Shown here: positions 13,132-25,779 of the stretch, in pieces
Numbering within the stretch: position 1 is the first letter of the stretch
Layout of the letters: each line of letters opens with the position of its first letter
Assembly: GCA_964016885.1 (NCBI GenBank)
Contig: OZ024741.1
Coordinates: 170,562,001-170,626,000, forward strand
Direction of reading: 5' to 3'
DNA length: 64,000 nucleotides
Source: Eledone cirrhosa
Taxonomy: Eukaryota
Program-made: the position numbers and the translations under genes
The notes under the pieces: generated by a model
Told to the model about the DNA's origin: nothing
The model's database searches: none
Seen by the model: only the letters and a program-made list of their open reading frames with translations

Positions 13132-13515
13132 GAAAATAATCAGGACCCCGACGGCTGAGCTCCGGCCGTTTCGACAGCTAGATCCAATATATATATATAC
13201 ATATTTATTTGTATTCCTTTAAATCTTCATCAACACTCCCACACTCATTAGCAACTCCAGCCTGACACACCCAACTCTCTTATATGTAGAGTCACACATC
13301 ACAACACAACCTGAGATCAGTTTGACAATCACCACCGACGAATTCGAGAAAGTTTTCCAGGAAAGTAAACCAGGGATCTTTAAAAATATCCCACCGAAGT
13401 TAATAAAGAACTTACTTGATTTACAAAACCAAATTGTAAATTTATAATATTATAAAATTAAATTATTTAGAACTACAAGTGAAGTCAATCTTTTCCTTTT
13501 TTTAAATACGTACAT

Positions 13516-13613
<98 letters not shown>

Positions 13614-15012
13614 GCAAATGTGTGTGTGTACGTATGCATACTTACATTTATAATTATATATATATATATCCAATCTACAATTGTCTAGTGAATGAAAACG
13701 TCAATTAAACGATATTATTTTTCCCATTTTATAAATATACTTATTTAATATCATATATGGCTTAACTCAAAGAGACATTTTCATATAGTTTCAGCTGCAT
13801 TGTTTTTCGTACACTGATATCAATTTATTTTCAGATTTGTATTGTCACATCTTATACCACTAATTAAAAAACATTGTAATAATTAATGTTATTTATATTT
13901 TCTTTATTGTGTTAAAAATCAATTTTTCAATATGGGGAAACTATTCTATATCAATAGTTATGACGTTTGTTTACAATTTATATATTAATTAATATATCAA
14001 TTATCTTTCATCTTGCTGAACTTTGACACGCGTGTAAATATTCTCGGAATCTCATTTCTTTATTTCTTTATTTATTTGTTTTATTTATTTTGTATGATTG
14101 CGCTCAAGCTCAAACATGTCAATGCGGTGATATAACGCTTTGCTTTCAACATTGCTTTGCTTCACAGTATTATATTTGTGCTCTGTATCAACGTTTATTT
14201 AAATGCAAATATATCACAATCTGTTTGTTCAAGTTTCGTGATATTTAGATATTGTCGGCGTCTATTAAAATCTCACAATATCTCAATGTTTGTGATGTCT
14301 ATCGCCATTTTCTTTCTGTATAGTTTAACGACACAATACAATTATTTAAGTCGAATATTTCCAGACGGAATACTGCTGCTTGCGGCAGACTTTTATAATG
14401 CAATTCAAGAGTCTCATTTCCTCTCAGATTTTGTTTTGCCACGTTAAGGCCAGTCTCTTTCCGGTTTTAATATCTCTCGCTAATATAACTGTATGTGGGC
14501 TGTACAAACAGAAGACTGTCGGAAAGTATTGCACATTTCTTTTAACCGCTGACATTAAATTAACTTAAACTATTTTCTGAGAAAACCAATGTAACCAAAT
14601 ATTTAATAAATTCCTTAAATGTAAAGTATATTCTCTGATAATTCTGAGTAACTAAAAACAAACTCAGAACCGTGAGTTCGATTTTTCAAGGTGGGAGGAA
14701 AGTTAGTTGCTTTAAAAATATTGATGTGACTTGCGTAAGTTAATGTTCGAGAAGGTAAGTATTATACTGACTGCGGATATATATAAAAATCGGATTGAGC
14801 AGGATGTGTGAATGTAGGAAGGTTAAAATGAAAAAGAAAGGAGATGTGTAACGAGCAATTGAACTAAGTGTGTACCTTTTAGGAAATATAGCTGAAGTGA
14901 GAAGGAGAAAATATGAACGAAACCTACGCAGTGACATAGAAACAGAGAATAAGTAAAAACGTTATATAAAGAAAGGCAAAGAGAGAATAGATAGATAACC
15001 GTATAACGAATG

Positions 15013-15103
15013 TATTGGGTTGTAATGTAACATAAATTCCTGCGGTTTTTTTATTAAGAAGTTTTATAACAACGGGGGGGGGGGATTTATGTTACAAACC
15101 AAT
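15013..15103. mobile_element. Tiny Tc1/mariner-like MITE
   Basis: Imperfect TIRs tattgggttgtaa(tgtaa)cataaattcc / ggatttatgttacaaaccaata with TA ends. Confidence 0.55.
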
Positions 15104-15523
15104 AAATAATAGATGATATAACAGATGCGTTACAATATTCAGAAGAACGTTTCATAATTTCATCGGGTTTGGTTCAATGGGTCCGTATTTTCTACTGTAG
15201 CGCTGTGAGTGGGTTTTGTAACTCAGAAACTGCGCATGTTTCTCGTTATAAAATGTGTGTCAGTTGCGTGCGTGTGTGTGGTTCTGTGTGTGGTTCTGTG
15301 TGTGGGTGAGCCTGTATATGTGAGCGTGCGCGTCTGTCCTTGTCCGCGTTTGTACTTATGTTTTTTGGCGCAAAACGGTTCAAAATTAAGAGTCCCTTTA
15401 TATCAAAGCCGCAACATGCATTCTATAAAGAGAGATTGATGAAATACGTAGCTAACTGATACAAGAAATGTAGGTTGTATATCTAATAAATTAGTCAAAA
15501 TACACCGTGTGACTATCCGTATG

Positions 15524-15647
15524 AAAATGTTCCTAGACTGATGAGGCCGATAAAGTTAATGTTCCGCTTTAATATTGTAGGGAAAATGTGGGTATGGATC
15601 GAATTTCATATGGCCGCTGTTGTGGCTCGAAATTGTTGGGCAACGTG
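15524..15647 (+). ncRNA. Degenerate hammerhead-like motif with long stem II
   Basis: gttcctaga CTGATGA ggcc...ggctc GAAA ttg ttgggcaac. Stem I and stem II are only partly pairable. Confidence 0.3.
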
Positions 15648-16879
15648 TTTAATGAATTAATCACTTATTAAAGAACGAATGACTTGTTAATGAATGAATC
15701 ACTTCTAATCAGTTAAATGGCCATCTTTTGGATTCATTCTAGTATATTAGTGTATCGTGAATTGGCTAGATCGTTAGTGTCTTGCGTATATATTCCAACT
15801 CTTTGCACACTGAGTTCCAATATCGTTGATGTCAAGTTTGCGTCAGAAATAAAATATCCGTCCAATATTGAGGTTAATTTTCTTTCTACATTGCCTCCTT
15901 CAACTTTTTCTCACTCTATTTTTCTAGTTCTCCCTCTGGAAGAAATCGGCTGTGATCATCATTTAAAGGGGTGTCCCAAGTATAAATACTCAAAACAAAT
16001 TGCATGTCACTACGGTGCCTCTCCACATTTTCAGGCGGCGAGGGGAAATTGGCGTCTATTATTAGCAGAAATATTTCATATATTTGAGTACTGCTCTAAT
16101 GTTGCTGTAACTTCTGCCTTTTAAAGGTTTATAAACTGATCGGCGCTGGAAAATGATTTGCCTTGAACAAATTAGGAAAGTCATAAGCTGGGCAGTAAAT
16201 CAGTGGTGGTGCCGAAAATAAAAGAAACGTGCACCAAAATACCACAGCAACAAATAAATGATTAATTGACCCTCCAATTAACCAACTTATGAATAAGTCA
16301 AAGTCAAATAAACAATCCAAATTATTTGTTTATTTCCCATTGTCGTCGATGGTTCAAAGCAAAATGATAAATGAAAAAACAAATTTAACATGAGACGCCA
16401 GATATCCATCTACAATATGTACATCACACAAATACACACGTACATGCTCACACACATGAATCCACACGGACACACACGCACTCACACACACACACATACA
16501 CACACACAAGCAACCCAAAACTATATGCAAACATACACATTCACACAGAAGCATAAACGCAAGTACACAAAATACAAACACCCCATACACACATACGCAC
16601 TTAGAGACTGAATATACAAACACTGAAGAGTGATGACTTGTTTTAATACGCAACTGTAATTGAATAAGATCAGTGGTGCCGGATCAGATATTTGCCAACA
16701 TAATTTCCATAATTCATTTTGATTCCATAAATTGGAATTCTTCTGGAAGCCAACCAGTAACGGATACTAAAAGTTAAGACCGAATAATGTATATATTAAG
16801 GAACGATCGACTTTCGTCAAATCGGACCGAGGGAACAATGTTTCCGTTGGTCTTTCCAATTGCTAATACTATCTATCGG

Positions 16880-17020
16880 TCGCAACTCCAGGTAGAAGGA
16901 GCAACGTGAAATAAAGTGTCTTGCTCAAGGACATAACGCATCACCTCGTCCAGGAATCGAACTCACAACCTTACGATTGCGAAACCAATTGCCTAACCAC
17001 TCAGCCACACGCCTTCACTT
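16880..17020 (-). mobile_element. SINE family B
   Basis: Reverse complement reads gtgaaggcgtgTGGCTGAGTGGttagg...GAGTTCGATTCCtgg...gtccttgagcaagacactttatttcacgttgctcc. Confidence 0.85.
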
Positions 17021-17039
17021 ATGTATATATATATATATA

Positions 17040-17237
17040 ATGTAGGAGGTGAGTTTTATTGTAGCACAATAAAGCAATGCAAATATCGGATAAGTAGCAC
17101 TCTACAGTTTGTAGGACTGGAGAATAAATAATATAAAATCAAAAGGTGGTTAAAAGAGTTCCAAATATTTTATTATTTATTGTAGCACAATAATAAAATA
17201 CTTGGAACTCTTTTAACCATCTTTTGATATTATATTA
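17040..17237 (-). mobile_element. Non-autonomous PLE-derived fold-back in (TA)n, same family as 55257-55620
   Basis: 17040-17176 is the reverse complement of about 55486-55620. Arms 17129-17176/17190-17237. Confidence 0.8.
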
Positions 17238-17595
17238 TATATATATATATATATATATGAAAAACGTAAAATAAGAAATTATAGTAATTAGCTTACATCA
17301 TAATTTTCTTATTTTATGTTTTTCATATAATTGTTCTGCATCCCCTTGCATTGAACCACAAAGTTACTAAGAGAAAACCTATATATTTGCTTGCATAGGT
17401 ATACATCTGTATATATATATGTTGGTAGATATACTAATTCTTTATATATATATGCATATTCATATATATATATAAATATATGTATACATATATATATAGT
17501 GGTGGAACACTGGAAGGTAATATCCGTAGTGGTAGAGCACTCAGTCCATGGAACGAGTTAGGTAGAAGTGGTTACACAACAGTTAGTTCACTATA

Positions 17596-17635
17596 CTGAG
17601 AACAATTGTTTCACCTGAGCGGATCCTCAGCTCGG
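17596..17635 (-). ncRNA. Minimal type I hammerhead ribozyme within a dispersed repeat (17500-17700)
   Basis: Reverse complement reads ccgag CTGAGGA tcc-gctca-ggt GAAA c-aatt-g TT ctcag, with palindromic stem III CAATTG. Stem II is weak. Confidence 0.65.
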
Positions 17636-17756
17636 AACAGGCATGGTTTTAGGAACAGGAAGGACAACCGGACGAATGCGCATGCGCAGAAACCCAGTCA
17701 CTTTACAAAGGCAATACTAGAATGCGTGCGAGAAGTGTAAGGGAGATAACTGCGAA

Positions 17757-18230
<474 letters not shown>

Positions 18231-18549
18231 TTCAATCGGTAATCTACCCGTGGCGATCTCGTGTTTTTTCTACCATATACATATATGCAAATATGGTGTA
18301 GAGACCACTAGCTGAGCGTCTGATAGAATGTCTTGCGTTATTTTTACTGACACTCTGCAATGAAGTCTTATTAAGGTTAACTTTGCGTTTCATCCTTTAG
18401 AGGGTTAAACAATGCCATTTGAGAGCAGTGGAATGACGAATATGCTAGAACATCGAATTGGACTTTTGTAGCGCATCAGTTTCAGCTCGGTTCATCCTGA
18501 GTTCAAATTATGTATGCTATGACAGTTGAAATTATATTACTTGGTATTG

Positions 18550-18690
18550 GTGGTGGATTGGCAGTATCGGTAGAGGATCCGACGTCATGCTTTGCAGCAC
18601 AGAGTTACGGCCCTTTACGGTATAGTATAAAGGACCAGTAATGCACTGGGGTAATTGTTGGCCTTGTGCCAAAACTAGAAACAATTATAT
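18550..18690 (+). mobile_element. SINE family A, internally deleted
   Basis: Head and tail present, core missing. Confidence 0.8.
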
Positions 18691-18829
18691 TACTGGTGCA
18701 CCTATCAGCAACACACAAAACAGCCTAAAAGATTTAACATCCAAACTATCACATTGTACCGATATACGTTTCTGTCACTGTTTGCCTGAGTCTTCACCCA
18801 TGGACCCTTCATTCCCGATTTCTTCCAGC

Positions 18830-18871
<42 letters not shown>

Positions 18872-19610
18872 GAGAGAGAGAGAGAGGAGACAATAAAGAA
18901 AGGGGTACTGAGAAAGAATCGATCACAGAACAGAACTGCTTCTTTATTTACTGACCATAAAATAATTGTTTCTACTATTGGCACAAGGCCAGCAATTTAA
19001 AACAACATCACTCTTTCTACATTTTCAGGGAAAAGCTCGCTCCACCTCTGGTAGACAAGATAAAAGCAATTATAATTCTATTCAAGATTTCATCATTGCA
19101 TACAAATCACTGTGTAGCTTGTTTGCCCAGACATTCAAATTGTGCTCATTGTTAATTTGAATTTCGTTTGGCGCCTCTATATAATGACAAACAAAGACAA
19201 ATTGACTGAGTGGTTTGGATCCTCAAGCACCGAAATTAACTAGAGTGTTCATCATACATCTCTATGTAAACAATGCTAAAATATATTAATGTTAATCCAC
19301 TAGAGACCCAGCATGTATCTTACACGACAGCCACAAGATACAAAATACATAACAACCATATACACTCATCACAAAGTTACTTTTAATAGAATCATTGCAC
19401 ACTGATTCGAGATAAATATCAAGAAATAATATAATAAAATAATAAATAATAAATAACAATAAAAATAACCACTTACATTTTAGTAGTGATAAGACAGATT
19501 TGATCAGACGGCAGATGTCACCATCATTCATCTTCTGTTGCAACTGCAACAACCAAACACTCTTAACTATAACCTGTGTAGTATACTTAATATCCACACC
19601 CCAACCATAT

Positions 19611-20028
19611 ACATCCACCAAACATTCTACTTTATATCAATAACACTATCCAACACTCAGTTGTAACATCCACCAAACATTCTACTTCATATCAATAACA
19701 CTATCCAACACTCAGTTGTAACATCCACCAAACATTCTACTTTATATCAATAACACTATCCAACACTCAGTTGTAACATCCACCAAACATTCTACTTCAT
19801 ATCAATAACACTATCCAACACTCAGTTGTAACATCCACCAAACATTCTACTTCATATCAATAACACTATCCAACACTCAATTGTAACATCCACCAAACAT
19901 TCTACTTTATATCAATAACACTATCCAACACTCAGTTGTAACATCCACCAAACATTCTACTTTATATCAATAACACTATCCAACACTCAGTTGTAACATC
20001 CGCCAAACATTCTACTTTATACCAATAA
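19611..20028. repeat. 55-bp minisatellite, about 7.6 near-identical copies
   Basis: Unit catccaccaaacattctact(t/c variant)atatcaataacactatccaacactcagttgtaa. The period of 55 was confirmed by position (19621 to 19676). Confidence 0.95.
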
Positions 20029-20215
20029 CTGTTTCTACTTTTGGCACAAGGTCAGCAATTAACCAGTGTATTACTGGTACTTTATTTTATCGACCCCGTA
20101 AGGATGAAAGGCAATGTTAACCTCGGCGGGATTTGAACTCAGAATGGCAAGGGCCGTAACTCTATGCGTCAAAGCATGGTGTCCGACCCTCTACCAATAC
20201 TGACAATCCGCCAAG
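20026..20215 (-). mobile_element. SINE family A
   Basis: Reverse complement of the full element. Confidence 0.9.
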
Positions 20216-20268
20216 CATTCCTAGGCTACTCTTAATGTGTTTAATTAAGATTATTTTGCATCATATCA

Positions 20269-20462
20269 AGGGCAGTGAATTGGCAGTATCGGTAGAGGGC
20301 CGGTCGCCTTGCTTTGACGCATAGAGTTACGGCCCTTGCCATTCTGAGTTCAAATCCCGCCGAGGTTAACTTTGCCTTTCATCCTTACGGGGTCGATAAA
20401 ATAAAGTACCAGTAATGTACTGGTTAATTGCTGGCCTTGTACCAATAGTAGAAACAATTATT
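20269..20462 (+). mobile_element. SINE family A
   Basis: Full element, head-to-head with the 20026-20215 copy. Confidence 0.9.
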
Positions 20463-21266
20463 TTGCATCCATCATATCCTTGTTCAATCATACATTCTAA
20501 CTGATGATTCACTGATTCACTTCACAATAAAAATAGTACACTGATTAATTATTCTACAATACTAGAAGAAAATATTTATATCTTAATGTTTCTGGAGTAC
20601 GAATTGCTTCATAGGATATTAATGTCACTGTGAAATTGAAATCATTAAAAACATATATTCATTATCGATCCATTGTTTTTTTCTATCGTTGTATCTAAAT
20701 AATTACCCCCCTTACCCAACTCTTCTTTTTTCTTACATCAAAGCCGTTCCTGCTCGCTTCTATATCATTAGAATATATGATATAAAGTAAATACGAAAAA
20801 GAAAACTGTAATTAGGAACACATATATCATCTATATCTGCAACATCCATTCATCTGTATAATCAATGGCAGCATTTTTGTTTATACAAAAAACCGTTAAG
20901 AAAGTTAAAGTGATAAGAATATTAATATGACTCACTCAATAAAGGGCTACAATTACCTCTCATAAGATATCGTCAAACTGTTGAAACAATGTATCTGCAA
21001 ATGGAATGCAAGAATTATTTATAGTAAACTTAATTACCGAAACTTTTGTATAATAACCGTATGTGTTATATCTTACCAAAGACTGAAAATCTTCACCACA
21101 TTCAGTGCGACATAATACATTCTTTTGTCCAAACACTAAATCTACAAATTTATATATTCCATCCTCACCTAGTTATACATCTATCTATAAATCTGTTTGT
21201 CCATCTATTTATGTGGCTGTATTATTATCAAGCAGTCAGTCTGTATGTTTTTCTCTCTCTCTCTCC

Positions 21267-21298
<32 letters not shown>

Positions 21299-21729
21299 CA
21301 ATGTCACTGGCTGTCTGTCTAATTATCTATCGATTTATCAGTATCTATCAGTGTTAACACACACGTTTATCACTGAATATCCAATTCACATAAAAGCATA
21401 TAGTGCTCAAAGAGGTGCCAGCTCTAGTAATATTTTATTACTAAGCAACTGGCTATAAATATACAGGCACACAAACGCACACACACACACGCGAGCGCGC
21501 ACACACATACAAACACAAACACAAACACACACACACACACACGCACACACGCACACACACACACACACACACACATACACACACACACATATATATATAT
21601 AAAACCTTATATCATATTATGTTCATACACATAAGTGCTAGCTAAGATTTCATGTCACAATGTTCACCATATCTTCTGAATGTAAACGGGATCAATATTA
21701 TGATCCAATCTTCAGGCTCTTATACGAGT

Positions 21730-21910
21730 GACAGTATCGATAGAGGGTCGGACACCATTCTTTGCAGCAAAGAGTTACGGCCCTTGCCATTCTGATTTCA
21801 AATCCCGCCGAGGTTAACTTTGCCTTTCATCTTTACAGGGTCGATAAAATAAAGTACCAGTAATACACTGGGGTAATTGCTTGTCTTGTGCCAAAAGTAG
21901 AAACAATTAT
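21730..21910 (+). mobile_element. SINE family A
   Basis: Core and tail. Confidence 0.88.
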
Positions 21911-22067
21911 ATTAACTGAAGCTGTAATAGGATAGAAAACAGTCGAATTATTCAAGACAGTCACAAACACTTAACGGTTCGAAAAGTTAATAAATTTCTT
22001 GAGCAGAGTAAATAAAGTTATATAAGTGTGAAACCATGAATATATCAACTAGGCGAATTTAGCCATA

Positions 22068-22303
22068 ATATGGCTTAGTGATTAGAGCGTCGAGCTTACA
22101 ATTGTGAAGTTGTGAGTTCCATTCTCGGACCAGGATTTGCGTTGTGTTCTTGACACTTTATTTCACATTGCTCCAGTTCACTCAGCTGTAGAAATGAGTT
22201 GTGACGTCACTGATTTCAAGCTGTATCGGCTTTTGCCTTTTCCTTGGACAACATCGGTGACGTGGAGTGGTGGGACTGGTATGCATGGACGACTGGTGGT
22301 CTT
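22068..22303 (+). mobile_element. SINE family B
   Basis: TGGCTTAGTG A box, GAGTTCCATTCT B box-like, acactttatttcacattgctccagttcactcagctg core. Confidence 0.8.
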
Positions 22304-22809
22304 CAACAAATAAATTGGGAGTGGGGAGTCTTTACCCTATATACATATATATATATATATGTGTGTGTGTATGTATGTATGTTATATATATATATATATG
22401 TATGTAAGGAATAAACGTTCAGACAAAAGTTACTTTCATCATATTTATAATTATACGTATTTCTGTGACATGGCATGAGCTGCTGTACAATAGTTGCAAC
22501 AGCAGCATGTATCAGTGAGACGCCATCAGTTGTTAATACAATTATGTGAACGAGTCGGAATGTAAAGAGGAAATATGATTCATATGTTCTCCGGGTTTTT
22601 GCAAACATGCTCGCGTTAGCCAACAACATATTCACCCACATAATTGTGTTAACATCTGATAACGGCACACGTTTGATCGTGGGTTGCTCAACCTACTTCA
22701 ACCCGTTTATCAACCAGATGTCATTACTCAACCTTTACGGATAAAGAACACAGCAACTAACAATATATATATATATATATAAATATATATATACATATAC
22801 ATGTATATG

Positions 22810-22841
<32 letters not shown>

Positions 22842-22849
22842 TATATATA

Positions 22850-24690
22850 CAATGATTTAAAATAAATGGAAACTATATTTATAAAACCATATTTATTCTA
22901 TTATATAGTAAAGTGTAGTGAATATCATAAATTTAAAATACTCCTGAAAGTGGAATTTTGGCGATGTCTGCAACTAGAAAATAATTCTGTTTTAAAATTA
23001 ATAGAGTTTTGATAGTTAATTATATAAAAAACTAGAGATAAAATATTTAACTATATAGGTGCCACTTCTACAAAATTCAGTGTACGCTGGTAAAACCACA
23101 AACATACATTTAATAGGTCCGATAAAAAATCTTTCACTTCATTTTCACATTTAATTTGGAATTTAAAAGACAACAATATAGACTATTCAATATTTTGGGG
23201 AACGATTTCGAAAGCACCCGCATCCTGAAATATGGCTTTCTCAAGAATCTGTCATTTGTGTATCGCGGAAATGTTTTATATAATTAACTGTCAAAACTCT
23301 ATTAATTTTAAAACAGAATTATTTTCTAGTTGCAGACATCGCCAAAATTCCACTTTCAGAAGTATTTTTAATTTATGATATTCATTACACTTTACTATAT
23401 CTTATACACCTTTAAAATGATCCTATTATTTACTGAGTATTTCTTTAAAAATTAAAATTTTTTTAAATGATTTTCCTTCTTAAATTTAATATTTTTACCA
23501 TTTGACATTCTTTTCCTAATGATACTCTTCTTAATCTATTTTGTTAGATGTAGATTGATAATCTTTAATTGACATTCTGAAAGATATCCACTTTAGGATG
23601 GTTCTACGAAATGCATAATGCTTTTTCCCTCTTTTTTGATCTTCAAACTTTTCACACATCTTTCAACTTAAATAATATGTAATTGAAATTCTCATCCTTG
23701 AAATAAAATTAATCTCACACAAAATAATATATAATTGTCTCTACATAGTTACTGAGTAAATCATTCATCAAATTTAACGGTTAGCAAATAAGATTGGAGT
23801 TATCTTTTACCTTTTCCTTTACAATTGAGCAAACATACATATGATAACTTGTATGATAAATTATATAACTTCGCTAAATTAACAATATTCTGAAAACATT
23901 TTCAATGTTGGAACAGAATATTTAAATCTACAAATTGTTATCCTCTTACAACTTTAAAAACGGCTTTTTCTTAAATGTTTTTAATGTAAAATGCAAAATC
24001 AACTTCCTTCGTAACTCATGAGAAATGTAAACAACTAATTATCGTGTTTTATTTCTATAAAATCACCAATAATACCTATACTTTCACAATTATTAATCTA
24101 TATAGATATTTATATACTTACAACCTGTTGTAATGTAATAAGATAAAATGTACTTACAACCATAATTCTTCATATAATCTAATTGATTATATATACAATA
24201 TTATAACGCATAATATAGCTAAATAATTATTTTAAATTCTGGAATCATATTCCACCATTCCTACAAACTGTTAATTCTTTTTAAATTAACGTAAATACAA
24301 GCTCGTCTTTCTTTCTCTACCTAGCGTCTAAAAATAACGTTTTTTTCAACCCTAAACCTCAACCTCATTTGCATACTCATCTTAATAATTTGAAATATTT
24401 TACTCTTCTTCTCTTTCCCTTCTTTCCTTTACTATCCAGTAAAAACTTGAACCGTAAAGTTCTTCTTCCTGGTTGTGTCAATATTTATAAAACAAACTTT
24501 GTATTTTATCTGATGAGAGCGTACCAAAGTTTTGGTACCCTTGCAATATATATAATAGAATAAATATGGTTTTATAAATATAGTTTCCATTTATTTAATA
24601 TCATTGAATATTATACTCCAGAAAAAATCTGTCTTCAGTTATAAACATCTATATTTGTTGAATTACCAACAAATTGAATATCCCTTTTGC
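22850..24690 (+). mobile_element. 5'-truncated Hydra-type Penelope-like element in (TA)n: inverted 5' segments, GIY-YIG C-terminus (23030-23378), AT-rich 3' UTR and hammerhead
   Basis: This frame is not in the ORF track: YIGATSTKFSVRW*NHKHTF...TSFSHLIWNLKDNNIDYSIFW...CHLCIAEMFYII...INFKTELFSSCRH (KxRxxxH-like, CxLC, CxH motifs). 22906-23030 is inverted to 23274-23400, and 22852-22908 is inverted to 24548-24605. Confidence 0.8.
24502..24562 (+). ncRNA. Minimal type I hammerhead (one core mutation)
   Basis: tattttat CTGATGA gagcgtacca-aagttt-tggtaccctt GCAA t-atat-a TA atagaata. Confidence 0.7.
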
Positions 24691-24709
24691 TATATATATA
24701 TATTTGAGG

Positions 24710-24916
24710 TACTACACTGGAAGGTAATATCCGTAGTGGTAGAGCACTCAGTCCATGGTGTAGTTAGGTAGATGTCGTTACACAACAGTTATTTCACCAT
24801 ACCGAGAACAATTGTTTCACCTTAGCGGATCTTCAGCTCGTAATTACGAGCTCAAAATCCGCTAAGGTGAAACATTTGTTCTCGATATGGTGAACTAACT
24901 ATTGTGTAACCACTTC

Positions 24917-24918
<2 letters not shown>
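24710..24918. mobile_element. Fold-back copy of the 17500-17700 repeat, centred on the palindrome gctcgtaattacgagc, within (TA)n
   Basis: Arms about 24768-24843/24844-24918. Confidence 0.8.
24803..24840 (-). ncRNA. Minimal type I hammerhead
   Basis: Reverse complement reads cgag CTGAAGA tcc-gctaa-ggt GAAA c-aatt-g TT ctcg. The opposite arm carries a mutated core (ctcaaaa). Confidence 0.65.
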
Positions 24919-24955
<37 letters not shown>

Positions 24956-25779
24956 GTTCAAGTAGAATTAAGCATATTCCTGTTTTCCTTTGTCAATAAT
25001 ATGACTTGTGATCAAAATGTGTCATTGTCTAGGATAATTTGTTTACGGTCTTATAGTTCTCTGTTTATTTGTGTGTTGCATATATCAAAACAACGAAGCA
25101 TAGCCGAGTTCCATTCGGAATCATTAGGAGCCGGGTTCTCTTCCATTGCATGGTCACTGAGGCAAGTTTCATTTAACTAAGCCTTAGATAGACCCATGGC
25201 ATGTCAGTAAAATTGAAATGACTGAAAATGTGTCGAAGCTCCTCGAATTCATTATACTAGTAATTTAAAGGGTCAGTCTTGTCCCTTACTTCTTCCCGCT
25301 GAATCTACCTGCGAAAATAAGATAAGGGAACAGGTGACAGTTGAGTGCTCAGTCAATTACACGTTAAGTTCATAAGAAGGGTATGCCGTAAATGGAAAAA
25401 CCTGGAATACAAATCGTCAAAACCGAGATTCTCATGGATATTATAGTAGAAAATAGGAGCAGAAACTACAGAGGCACTAGCGTGAAATTAAAAGTGACCC
25501 GATATCCAAAAATAGAGTAGAAATTTTCATAAAAGTCACTGGAAAATCTCTGTTACGAAACAGATGTAATTTCATAAAGTTGATGGATGATTCACAGATA
25601 TGTAAATGTCTTCCGCTGTCAATCTAGTATCTATAAATATGATTACATATAAACACGCACACGCACAATGCACAAACATGCACAAACAAACGAACACACA
25701 TACACACACATATATATAGACATACACACACACATACACACACATATATATCTATGTGTTAGCGCGCGTGTGTGTGTGT

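Noticed and set aside
19611-20028. CRISPR-like array
   Set aside because: The units are contiguous with no unique spacers, the context is eukaryotic, and there are no cas genes.
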